Source of the DNA: an archaeon
GTDB taxonomy: Archaea > Nanobdellota > Nanobdellia > Pacearchaeales > GW2011-AR1
DNA: 64,000 nt
Direction: 5' to 3'
Assembly (NCBI GenBank): GCA_043810775.1
Contig: JBDRNU010000003.1
Span: 1-64,000, forward strand
The translations under genes were made by a program, and so were the position numbers. Below the pieces are notes generated by a model, which saw nothing but the letters and a program-made list of their open reading frames with translations, did no database searches and was not told the origin of the DNA. This document shows, one piece after another, positions 27,331 to 35,671 of this stretch. The first letter of the stretch is position 1. Every line of letters begins with the position of its first letter.

Positions 27331-27861
27331 ATGGACATGGAAAATAAAGGACAGGTTTGGGTGGAGACAGTAATTTATACTCTTATAGGTCTGACAATAA
27401 TTGGCATCTTGCTTACAATTGTAACCCCTAAGATAAATGAAACTCGCGATAAAGCAGTAGTTGAACAGAGTGTTGAGGTTCTTAATTTTATAGATGCAAA
27501 GATAAACGACATAAAGTATGTTGCTGGAAATTCAAGAAACCTTCAATTGAGCATAAAAAGCGGCTTGATAATTATTGACTCGCAAAATGACACAATTGAA
27601 TTTATTTTAAAAGGAAGCAACTATAAATATAGTGAGCCAGGAATAATAATTGAAGAGGGAAAGGTAAAAGTGCTTAGTGTTGAAAGCGGTAAAAAATATG
27701 ATATTTATCTGGATTTAAATTACTCAAGGAAATTTAACATAACTTATGATGGAATAGATGATATAAGGACTATTCCAAAAGCAGGTGTTTCTTATGATCT
27801 AATCTTATCTAATGAAGGTATAACTGGTGAGCTTACTGAGATAAGATTTCACTTACAATAA
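27331..27861 (+). CDS. Minor pilin-like protein
   Basis: (MD)MENKG/QVWVETVIYTLIG; ATG at 27331 or 27337 rather than TTG 27280. Confidence 0.8.
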   Translation: MDMENKGQVWVETVIYTLIGLTIIGILLTIVTPKINETRDKAVVEQSVEVLNFIDAKINDIKYVAGNSRNLQLSIKSGLIIIDSQNDTIEFILKGSNYKYSEPGIIIEEGKVKVLSVESGKKYDIYLDLNYSRKFNITYDGIDDIRTIPKAGVSYDLILSNEGITGELTEIRFHLQ

Positions 27862-27908
27862 ATTTAAATATAATGTTAGTTTTCTAAATTAAAAGAAGGT
27901 AAATTATA

Positions 27909-29459
27909 ATGGATCAAGTAATGAAAACCGAAAATGCAATTTATATAAATTTGAATCCATCAATCCCTGCTTTGCCAAGAGTCTCTGACAAGAGTAAAGT
28001 TGATGCAAGGTATGTTTTAATTTCTCCTTACGCTTATACACATATATATTGGGACCCAACCAGGAATGAAGTAGTTTATGAGGTTGAAGAGCCGCTTTTA
28101 AATGAAGAGGAAAAAGCTGTTTTAGAAAGTGTTGAAGACGGAATGAAAGAAATAATTAATATAAATGTCATGGTTGAAAAAACTACTGAAGCTATGATTG
28201 AATATATTGACAAGACTGCTAAATTATTGATTTCAGAGATTAATATGAAGATAACTGAAGAAACTTACAAGAAGATATTTTATTATTTATACCGAGATTT
28301 TATAGGACTAAATGAAATTGAAGCACTTTCACGAGATTATTTTATTGAAGATATTGAGTGCAATGGAATAAATACACCAGTTTATATTGTCCATAGGGTT
28401 TACAGGAACTTAAGGACTAATATAATGTTTACTGATGTTGATTACTTAGCTAGTTTTGTTGAAAAACTGGCCCAGAGATGCGGCAGATATATAAGTTATG
28501 CTTCTCCCTTACTAGATGGGAGTCTTCCTGATGGGAGCAGAATAAATGCTACTTATACTACAGACGTTACTAGCAAAGGTCCTACTTTTACAATAAGAAA
28601 ATTTACTAAAATACCTTGGACTCCTCCACAGTTAGTTTCACTGAATACGCTAAGCCCGGAAATGCTAGCTTATTTCTGGCTTTTAATACAGTATAAATCC
28701 AATATACTTATTACAGGAGGCACTGCTTCTGGAAAAACTACTTTATTGAATGCTATAGCTTTTTTCATACCTCCAGAAGCAAGAGTGGTATCTATAGAAG
28801 ATACGCGAGAGCTTAACTTGCCTAGAGAAAACTGGCTTCCAAGTGTTGCAAGAACTGCTATTGGAATTGGCAAAGTAGGAGAGGTAGACTTATTTAGCTT
28901 ACTTAGAAACTCTTTTAGGCAAAATCCAGATTATGTAATTGTGGGGGAGGTAAGAGGAAAAGAGGCATTTGTATTATTTCAGGGTATGGCTTCAGGGCAC
29001 TCAAGTATAAGTACAATTCATGCCGACTCCGTAGATACTGTAATAAAGAGGCTTGAGACCCCACCTATAGAATTATCACCTACACTAGTAAATACATTAG
29101 ATGCTATTGCTATAATGAGCCATGCAATTGTAAACAAGCAGGAAACAAGAAGACTTAGAGAGATAGTTGAGGTAGTTAATGTTAATCCAGATGGTGTTGC
29201 CATAACAAATACTCCTTTTATGTGGGATCCTGCTAAGGATAAATTCTTTTTTAAAAAAGACAGCAAAGTCCTGCAAAAAATATCACATAGATATGGTATT
29301 TCACAAGAAGCTTTGTCCAAGGAGTTTGGACTAAGGTCAAAATTCATATATGAGCTATTTAGAAGAAAGATATATGGTTTTGAAGATGTCCAGAAGCTTG
29401 TAAACCAGTATTATAAAGACCCTGTTGCAACACTAAGGCAGTTTGGAGTTATTAAGTGA
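27909..29459 (+). CDS. Type IV pilus/T2SS assembly ATPase (VirB11/TadA/ArlI family)
   Basis: GGTASGKTT, SIEDTRE, RQNPDYVIVGEVRG, MASGH...STIHA. Confidence 0.95.
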   Translation: MDQVMKTENAIYINLNPSIPALPRVSDKSKVDARYVLISPYAYTHIYWDPTRNEVVYEVEEPLLNEEEKAVLESVEDGMKEIININVMVEKTTEAMIEYIDKTAKLLISEINMKITEETYKKIFYYLYRDFIGLNEIEALSRDYFIEDIECNGINTPVYIVHRVYRNLRTNIMFTDVDYLASFVEKLAQRCGRYISYASPLLDGSLPDGSRINATYTTDVTSKGPTFTIRKFTKIPWTPPQLVSLNTLSPEMLAYFWLLIQYKSNILITGGTASGKTTLLNAIAFFIPPEARVVSIEDTRELNLPRENWLPSVARTAIGIGKVGEVDLFSLLRNSFRQNPDYVIVGEVRGKEAFVLFQGMASGHSSISTIHADSVDTVIKRLETPPIELSPTLVNTLDAIAIMSHAIVNKQETRRLREIVEVVNVNPDGVAITNTPFMWDPAKDKFFFKKDSKVLQKISHRYGISQEALSKEFGLRSKFIYELFRRKIYGFEDVQKLVNQYYKDPVATLRQFGVIK

Positions 29460-29489
29460 AGATTTCTTAAGATTGAATATACTTATTAA

Positions 29490-29542
29490 TATATTACTAT
29501 TAGTAATATAGTAAAGTTTATATATTATTAGTATATTACTAA
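29490..29542. promoter_or_regulatory. Promoter flanked by two palindromic operator-like sites
   Basis: TATATTACTA-T-TAGTAATATA (29490-29510), TATA AAAGTTTATATA (29513-29524), TTAGTA-TAT-TACTAA (29528-29542). Confidence 0.65.
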
Positions 29543-29545
29543 ATT

Positions 29546-29710
29546 ATGGGAAATATAACTCTTAAAGGATTTATATGCGAGAGATGCACTCATAAATGGA
29601 TTCCTAGAAATTTACAAGAGCCTAGAGTATGTCCAAAATGCAAGTCACCTTACTGGAATGTTCCCAGGAAGAAGAAAAAGAAAATGCAAAAAAAAGGAGG
29701 GTTGAAATGA
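29546..29710 (+). CDS. 54-aa Zn-ribbon microprotein with basic tail
   Basis: Not in ORF track: MGNITLKGFICERCTHKWIPRNLQEPRVCPKCKSPYWNVPRKKKKKMQKKGGLK. Confidence 0.85.
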   Translation: MGNITLKGFICERCTHKWIPRNLQEPRVCPKCKSPYWNVPRKKKKKMQKKGGLK

Positions 29711-29874
29711 TAGACTTATATAAATTGCAGGAAATTGCACAGCTTGTAGAAGCAATGAATGAAGCTGTCATGAAGCTGGAGATTGCTGAAAAAAAACAGG
29801 ATTTTGAAAAAATTAAACGTGGAAAAGATGAAATCATGAATTTTAAAAATAATATAGATAGAATTTTAAAATGA
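29707..29874 (+). CDS. 55-aa helical hypothetical protein
   Basis: ATG 29707 preceded by GGAGGG and overlapping the Zn-ribbon stop (ATGA); track start 29629 overlaps the Zn-ribbon gene. Confidence 0.7.
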   Translation: MIDLYKLQEIAQLVEAMNEAVMKLEIAEKKQDFEKIKRGKDEIMNFKNNIDRILK

Positions 29875-29920
29875 AGAAATTAAAAAATTCAGCATTTCAA
29901 ACTCCTGATGGAGATTTAAG

Positions 29921-31273
29921 ATGAACATTGAGGAACTAAAATATAATATTGAAATGGAAAAAGAAATAGTCAGAGAGCTATATTCTTTTGCAAATCAGTT
30001 TAATGAGCTATCACAGGAGACTTCAGCTGAAAAGTTAGGAAGAATAATAAAAAAACAAGAAGAGAGAGTAATGTTACAAGCTATTAATTCTTTGATAGGC
30101 CAGTTAAGGATAATAAATAACTCTATTCCAGACTTGCTTAAAGGAGTTTCAGTATATAAGCAACTACCTGGTGAAAATACAATTTCCCAGCAAAAAAAGC
30201 TTGTAAGTTTGAAGTATACTCCTGCATTTTCAAGAAAAAACATGAATGTAACTATAAAAGAAAAAGATATGAGGGACTTTATGAGTGAACTTACAATAAG
30301 CAAGAATACTATAAAAAGAATAAAAAAATATAAAGAAGGCAAAAAAGAGCATTTAGTTGAATTTAAAAAAGCCAATAAATATGGAAGATTTGCAAATAAG
30401 CTTTTTTCTAAATCATCTAAAACTTTAATTAAAGAAGGTTATTTTAGAGCTGCTATCAATGACTTAAGAAAATCCAATTTATCTGTTCTTTCAGGCACTT
30501 ATGTTTCAATGATAATACTTTCAACTATTCTGGCATTTATTGCCGGAGTATTTTTATATGTATTTTTGATTTTTTTTAAAGTTTCTCTAACCTGGCCAAT
30601 AATATCTGTTATTGACACTTCAATAGAGAGATTACTCTGGAATTTATGCATAATAATCATATTGCCTATTTTAACATTTTTAGCATTTTATTATTATCCT
30701 GCATCAGAAGCTATGTCTTTAAAGAGAAAAATCGAGCAGGAAATTCCTTTTGTAGCTATTCATATGTCTGCAATAGCTGGCTCTGGCATAGAACCTAGCC
30801 AGATATTCAAAATAATTGCATTAAGCAGCGAATATAAATATACCAGGCAAGAAATAAGAAAAGTGCTCAATCAAATTAATGTTTATGGCTATGACTTATC
30901 TAATGCCCTGAAAAATTCTGCCAGAGCTACTTCAAGCCCAAAATTGTCAGAACTTTTTAAAGGATTGGCAACTACTATAACTAGCGGGGGCAGTTTAAAT
31001 GAATTTCTTGACAAAAGATCTGAATCCTTGCTGTTAGATTATAAATTAGAAAGAGAAAAATATTCTAAGATTGCGGAAACATTTATGGATATTTACATTA
31101 GTGTAGTTATAGCAGCGCCTATGATAATGATGCTATTATTAGTATTGATTAATATAAGTGGAATTAGTATTGGCCTTAGCATGATGGGATTTACTTTAGT
31201 TATCATACTCATAGTTTTTTTAATAAATATTGTATTTTTGGTGTTTTTGCAAATAAAACAACCAGCTTATTGA
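29921..31273 (+). CDS. TadC/ArlJ-like (T2SSF) pilus platform protein with long N-terminal extension
   Basis: IEQEIPF..IHMSAIAGSG, G.DL..AL, E.F.DIY; multiple TM. Confidence 0.9.
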   Translation: MNIEELKYNIEMEKEIVRELYSFANQFNELSQETSAEKLGRIIKKQEERVMLQAINSLIGQLRIINNSIPDLLKGVSVYKQLPGENTISQQKKLVSLKYTPAFSRKNMNVTIKEKDMRDFMSELTISKNTIKRIKKYKEGKKEHLVEFKKANKYGRFANKLFSKSSKTLIKEGYFRAAINDLRKSNLSVLSGTYVSMIILSTILAFIAGVFLYVFLIFFKVSLTWPIISVIDTSIERLLWNLCIIIILPILTFLAFYYYPASEAMSLKRKIEQEIPFVAIHMSAIAGSGIEPSQIFKIIALSSEYKYTRQEIRKVLNQINVYGYDLSNALKNSARATSSPKLSELFKGLATTITSGGSLNEFLDKRSESLLLDYKLEREKYSKIAETFMDIYISVVIAAPMIMMLLLVLINISGISIGLSMMGFTLVIILIVFLINIVFLVFLQIKQPAY

Positions 31274-31279
31274 GATAAA

Positions 31280-32131
31280 ATGGAACTAGAAAAAAAACAT
31301 ATTATGGGCATAGTTTTTGCATTTATAATTTTGACAGTTAATATTATATTTTTAAGAGAAGAGGAAATATTTTACTTTATTATAGGAATTGCCCTGCTAA
31401 TTGCTGTTTTGCCTTTTGTTGCTTCTTTATCACTTGAAAGTTCAAGGGCTAAAGAAAACGATGAAATGTTCTTGGAATTTTCCAGGAATCTGGTAGAAAG
31501 TGTTAAATCTGGAACTCCTGTAAGCAAAAGCATTCTTCATGTTAGTGATAAAAACTACGGCTCTCTTTCCCCACATATAAAAAAGCTGTCTAATCAAATA
31601 GCTATTGGGATTCCTGTTAAAGAGTCTTTAGAAATATTTGCCAGAGATGTAAATAGCTCAACTGTATCCAGAGCCGTCACTTTAATAAGTGAAGCTGAAC
31701 AGGCAGGGGGAAGTATTGATATTATATTAGAATCTGTAGCTAAGTCTGTATCTACTTCTGAAAAACTGAAGAAAGAGAGGAAAGCTGCAATTTACAGCTT
31801 AATTGTACAGGGTTATATAATATTTTTTGTATTTATTGTAATAATGTTGATTATGCAGTACAAAATCCTTGCAATGACAGTTGGAATAACTAGTACTGAA
31901 GGATTTGGGACAAGCAGCAGCGTAGAACAATTAGGAATTGGGCAGCAGCAAATCTCGCCTGAACAGTTTTCAATACCTTTTTTGATGCTTTTAATAACTC
32001 AGGGTTTTTTTGCTGGAATTATTATTGGGAAGCTATCAGAAGGTACAATTAAAGCTGGGCTTAAGCACTCATTTGCGCTTGTTATAATATCTGTATTAAT
32101 CTCAACAGGAGCTAATGCATTTTTCAGCTAA
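31280..32131 (+). CDS. TadC/TadB-like (T2SSF) platform protein
   Basis: FLEFSRNLVESVKSG, YG.L, EAEQAGG, QG.F.G..IGKLSEG...AGLKH. Confidence 0.9.
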   Translation: MELEKKHIMGIVFAFIILTVNIIFLREEEIFYFIIGIALLIAVLPFVASLSLESSRAKENDEMFLEFSRNLVESVKSGTPVSKSILHVSDKNYGSLSPHIKKLSNQIAIGIPVKESLEIFARDVNSSTVSRAVTLISEAEQAGGSIDIILESVAKSVSTSEKLKKERKAAIYSLIVQGYIIFFVFIVIMLIMQYKILAMTVGITSTEGFGTSSSVEQLGIGQQQISPEQFSIPFLMLLITQGFFAGIIIGKLSEGTIKAGLKHSFALVIISVLISTGANAFFS

Positions 32132-32162
32132 AATTTATAAAGAAAGAAAAATTACTAATAAA

Positions 32163-32852
32163 ATGAATAAAAGAGGAATGAGCCATATTGAAATGATTGC
32201 TTCATTTTTAATATTTGTAGGCTTCCTGCTGTTTTTGCTGGCTTTTTTAAACCCAATTAAGGAAAGCCCTATTAATGAAAATTTACTTGATTTAGCTGAA
32301 AGGGGGATTATAGAAAGAGGAAGTGTTGAAATATTTAAAGCACAGATGTATTTAAAACAGCCATATTCCGGATGTTTTGGGTATGATTTAGATGTTAGCA
32401 GTGTTGTTGTTTTTAATGAAAAAGGAAATATTTTACAGGCTGATTATTCAGGAGGATATTTATATATAGATGCTACTTCTGGAGAGCTTTTTACAATACA
32501 CTCTTTTATGGATTTAGAAGAAAATACATTTTCACCTGGCAGCTGCAGTATTTTTGACGAAGAGAATGTCACTTTAGGGCTATCAAAGAATTCTAAGGTT
32601 ATATATTTTAATAGGCTAAGCAATTTCAGCCAGGAATATAATGATAATTATGAATCTGTAAGAAATAGTGTAAATCTACCTTCAAGAAATGATTTTGGGT
32701 TTATACTAAGAACTAGTGGGGGAAATGAGATTATAAGAGCTATGAAAAGCACGCCTTCAGGGTTAAACGCGGTAGCTAGAGAAATACCTGTAGAGGTCTT
32801 ATACAGAAATGGAACTATTTCATATGCTGTACTAAATGTTCGTATTTGGTGA
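32163..32852 (+). CDS. Minor pilin-like protein
   Basis: MNKRG/MSHIEMIASFLIF (E at +5); start 32163 preferred. Confidence 0.8.
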   Translation: MNKRGMSHIEMIASFLIFVGFLLFLLAFLNPIKESPINENLLDLAERGIIERGSVEIFKAQMYLKQPYSGCFGYDLDVSSVVVFNEKGNILQADYSGGYLYIDATSGELFTIHSFMDLEENTFSPGSCSIFDEENVTLGLSKNSKVIYFNRLSNFSQEYNDNYESVRNSVNLPSRNDFGFILRTSGGNEIIRAMKSTPSGLNAVAREIPVEVLYRNGTISYAVLNVRIW

Positions 32853-32862
32853 GAATTGAAAC

Positions 32863-33252
32863 ATGAATAAAAAAGGATGGTTACGAATTTTTGAAGCTTT
32901 TATAGCAGTAATACTAATTGCAGGTGTGCTTATAGTCTTGGTTTTAAATCAGAGAGCTGACAGGACTTTTGAAGATGATATTCATAATTTAGAAAGGTCT
33001 ATTTTAGTTGAGATTGCAGATAACCCTTCTTTAAGAAACAGCACCTTAAAAACAGATTTAGCCCCCATACTAGCTGTAGCTTCTCCAAAAATCCCACCTG
33101 GAATGAATTTTACTATGAGGGTATGCCCCATTGATGAGATATGCGGCTTGCAAGAATATAGAGAAGAGGTTTATGTTGAGGAAATTGTAATTTCCTCGAC
33201 AATTGAAGAGTATGCTCCTAAAAAACTAAGGATATTTATATGGGAAGAATGA
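32863..33252 (+). CDS. Minor pilin-like protein
   Basis: MNKKG/WLRIFEAFIAVILI. Confidence 0.8.
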   Translation: MNKKGWLRIFEAFIAVILIAGVLIVLVLNQRADRTFEDDIHNLERSILVEIADNPSLRNSTLKTDLAPILAVASPKIPPGMNFTMRVCPIDEICGLQEYREEVYVEEIVISSTIEEYAPKKLRIFIWEE

Positions 33253-33656
33253 TGGAAAAATTCAAATTCCTTGAGCATACAGCTGATATAAAATTTCAGG
33301 CTTACGGCAAGAGCATTGAAGAGGCATTTGAAAACTCGGCTTTAGCAATGTTTAACTGCATGTATGACAAGAAAGTTCAGCGCAAGATTAAGAAAAAAAT
33401 AAAAGTTAAAGGAAAAGACAATGAATCCCTGCTTTATAACTTTCTTGAGGAATTATTATTTCTACTCGATACTGAAAATTTCTTTTTATCTTCGGTAAAA
33501 GTGAAAATAAAAGGATTTGAATTGCAAGCAAGCTTGGAAGGAGATAAAGCCAAGAGTTACGAAATTCACTTAGATGTAAAGGCAGTTACTTATAATGAGA
33601 TGTTTGTCAAGAAGCAAGGGAATAAATTTATATGCCAGGTAGTTGTGGATGTTTGA
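33249..33656 (+). CDS. Archease
   Basis: FLEHTADI, VKAVTY, VVDV C-terminus; near rtcB. Confidence 0.93.
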   Translation: MMEKFKFLEHTADIKFQAYGKSIEEAFENSALAMFNCMYDKKVQRKIKKKIKVKGKDNESLLYNFLEELLFLLDTENFFLSSVKVKIKGFELQASLEGDKAKSYEIHLDVKAVTYNEMFVKKQGNKFICQVVVDV

Positions 33657-33708
33657 AAAATCAAGAGATTTTTCAAGCCACAAAAATCCCCATAAACTCG
33701 GATTTTTG
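33653..33708. repeat. Tandem REP-like palindromes between convergent genes (possible terminator)
   Basis: TTGAAAAATC-AAGA-GATTTTTCAA and CAAAAATCC-N10-GGATTTTTG. Confidence 0.7.
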
Positions 33709-33720
33709 ATATTTGAATGA

Positions 33721-34083
33721 TTAAAGGTTATCCCAAAAAGTTCCATTATTAAGCGTATTTTTTAAGTCAAGTAAATCATCGTAATCAACAGGATTTTCTC
33801 TTGTACCTAACTTTATTGAGGGACTTAATACTTTTTTAACTGTCTTTATATTTTTAGGAGTATTATCTCTTTTTTCATATAAGATCCTAGTTCCAACATT
33901 ATCCTCCATTTGATGCTCCTCTAAAGTAATTGTTCTTCCACACCCTGTACATTGAAAATAAGGAAATTCTACCTCTCCACCAGGTAGTTCAACTAATAAA
34001 GTTCCATTTCTTTGATAATTATGTTTATGCATGTCTAAAATATTCACATAAAAAATATCTCTTAATTTTTCTATTATTGACAT
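33721..34083 (-). CDS. Hypothetical protein with CxxC
   Basis: 120 aa; HKH...CTGC. Confidence 0.6.
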   Translation of the reverse strand: MSIIEKLRDIFYVNILDMHKHNYQRNGTLLVELPGGEVEFPYFQCTGCGRTITLEEHQMEDNVGTRILYEKRDNTPKNIKTVKKVLSPSIKLGTRENPVDYDDLLDLKNTLNNGTFWDNL

Positions 34084-34201
34084 TTTATTGTTGTATTTTT
34101 CTTAATTTAATAATATTATCGCCAATTTCTGTGTCTTTTTAAAGATTTCTATATTTAAATTATAAGGTAAAAATTATAAACTTGATATTATACATTTAAG
34201 T

Positions 34202-35620
34202 ATGGAAATAAAAAAAATATCTAGCTATGAATGGAAAATAGCTAAAGAAGGAAGGATGAAAGTTCCAGTAGTAATTTATGCTAGCGAGAAGCTTCTTGAA
34301 GCAATGAAACAGGATATAACTTTAGAGCAAGCCAGAAATGTAGCTTGTCTGCCAGGAATAGTTGAAAAATCAATTGTATTACCAGATGCCCATCAGGGCT
34401 ATGGTTTTAGTATTGGAGGGGTAGCCGCATTTAAACTAGACACTGGAATTATCTCACCAGGAGGAGTAGGATATGATATTAATTGTGGAGTTAGATTACT
34501 AACTAGCAACCTTAAAAAATCAGATATTGAAAGTAAAAAGAAAGAGATAATTAACCAGCTTTTTAGGGATGTTCCTAGCGGGGTGGGCAAAGGGGGAGCT
34601 ATTAAGATAACAAGAGATGATATTAAAGAAATTCTGGAAAAAGGAAGTGAGTGGGCTGTAAAGAAAGGATATGGTATAAAAGAAGATTTGGAAAGAACAG
34701 AAGATAATGGTTGCATTAAAGGAGCTAAAGCTGAAGATGTTTCTGATAGAGCTATAAAAAGAGGGTTGCCTCAACTTGGAAGCTTAGGAGCTGGAAATCA
34801 TTTTCTAGAAATACAGGAAGTAGATGAAATTTATGACAAGGAAATAGCTAGCAAATTTGAAATAAAAGAAAAAGGGCAAGTAACTGTAATGATTCATTGT
34901 GGCTCAAGAGGACTAGGGCATCAGGTAGCTAGTGATTATATCAAGCTAATGGAAGATAAGTATGGATGGAAAAACCTGCCAGATAGGGAACTAATTAATG
35001 CGCCAATTAATTCTGAACTTGGGAAAAAATACTTAAGTGCAATGGCAGCTGCAGCTAATTTTGGTTTCTGCAACAGGCAGATGATTATGCAGTGGGTAAG
35101 AGATTCTTTCAATAAAATATTTGGAAAAGTTAAGCTAGATTTAATTTATGATGTTGCCCATAATGTAGCTAAAATTGAAGAGCATAATGTCAACGGTAAA
35201 ATGACGAAATTATGCGTTCATAGGAAAGGAGCAACTAGAAGCTTTGGACCAGGAAGAAAGGAGCTTCCTGAAATTTACAGAAAAACCGGACAGCCGATTC
35301 TCCTACCTGGAAGCATGGGTACTGCTTCATACTTGCTAGTAGGAACTGAAAAAGCAGAAGAGTTGACATTTGCAAGTACTGCCCACGGAGCTGGCAGGAG
35401 CTGCAGTAGAACTTCTGCTTCAAAAAATTTAAGAGGTGAAGATATAAAACAAGAGCTTGAGAAAAAAGGTATAGAAATAAAGGCTGGAAGCTGGAAAGGA
35501 CTTGTTCAAGAAGCCCCTCAAGCTTACAAGGATATTGATGAGGTTGCCAAGGTTTCAGATGAAGTTGGTTTAGGCAAGCTAGTAGCTAGGTTAAAGCCAA
35601 TTGCAGTAATGAAGGGATAA
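34202..35620 (+). CDS. rtcB: RNA-splicing ligase RtcB
   Basis: PDAHQGYGF, GGVGYDINCG, LGAGNHFLE, HCGSRG, DVAHN, HRKGATR, HGAGR, EAPQAYK. Confidence 0.97.
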   Translation: MEIKKISSYEWKIAKEGRMKVPVVIYASEKLLEAMKQDITLEQARNVACLPGIVEKSIVLPDAHQGYGFSIGGVAAFKLDTGIISPGGVGYDINCGVRLLTSNLKKSDIESKKKEIINQLFRDVPSGVGKGGAIKITRDDIKEILEKGSEWAVKKGYGIKEDLERTEDNGCIKGAKAEDVSDRAIKRGLPQLGSLGAGNHFLEIQEVDEIYDKEIASKFEIKEKGQVTVMIHCGSRGLGHQVASDYIKLMEDKYGWKNLPDRELINAPINSELGKKYLSAMAAAANFGFCNRQMIMQWVRDSFNKIFGKVKLDLIYDVAHNVAKIEEHNVNGKMTKLCVHRKGATRSFGPGRKELPEIYRKTGQPILLPGSMGTASYLLVGTEKAEELTFASTAHGAGRSCSRTSASKNLRGEDIKQELEKKGIEIKAGSWKGLVQEAPQAYKDIDEVAKVSDEVGLGKLVARLKPIAVMKG

Positions 35621-35671
35621 ACAATTAATTTAAAGGTAGAATTTAAAAATAAAGATTTCTTATATTAATTA

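Noticed and set aside
29629-29706. N-terminal extension of the 81-aa ORF
   Set aside because: Overlaps the Zn-ribbon gene; RBS and ATGA coupling support a start at 29707
25097-33252. Archaellum operon
   Set aside because: No ArlH KaiC-like ATPase or ArlF/G; pilins lack archaellin-type sequence beyond the signal
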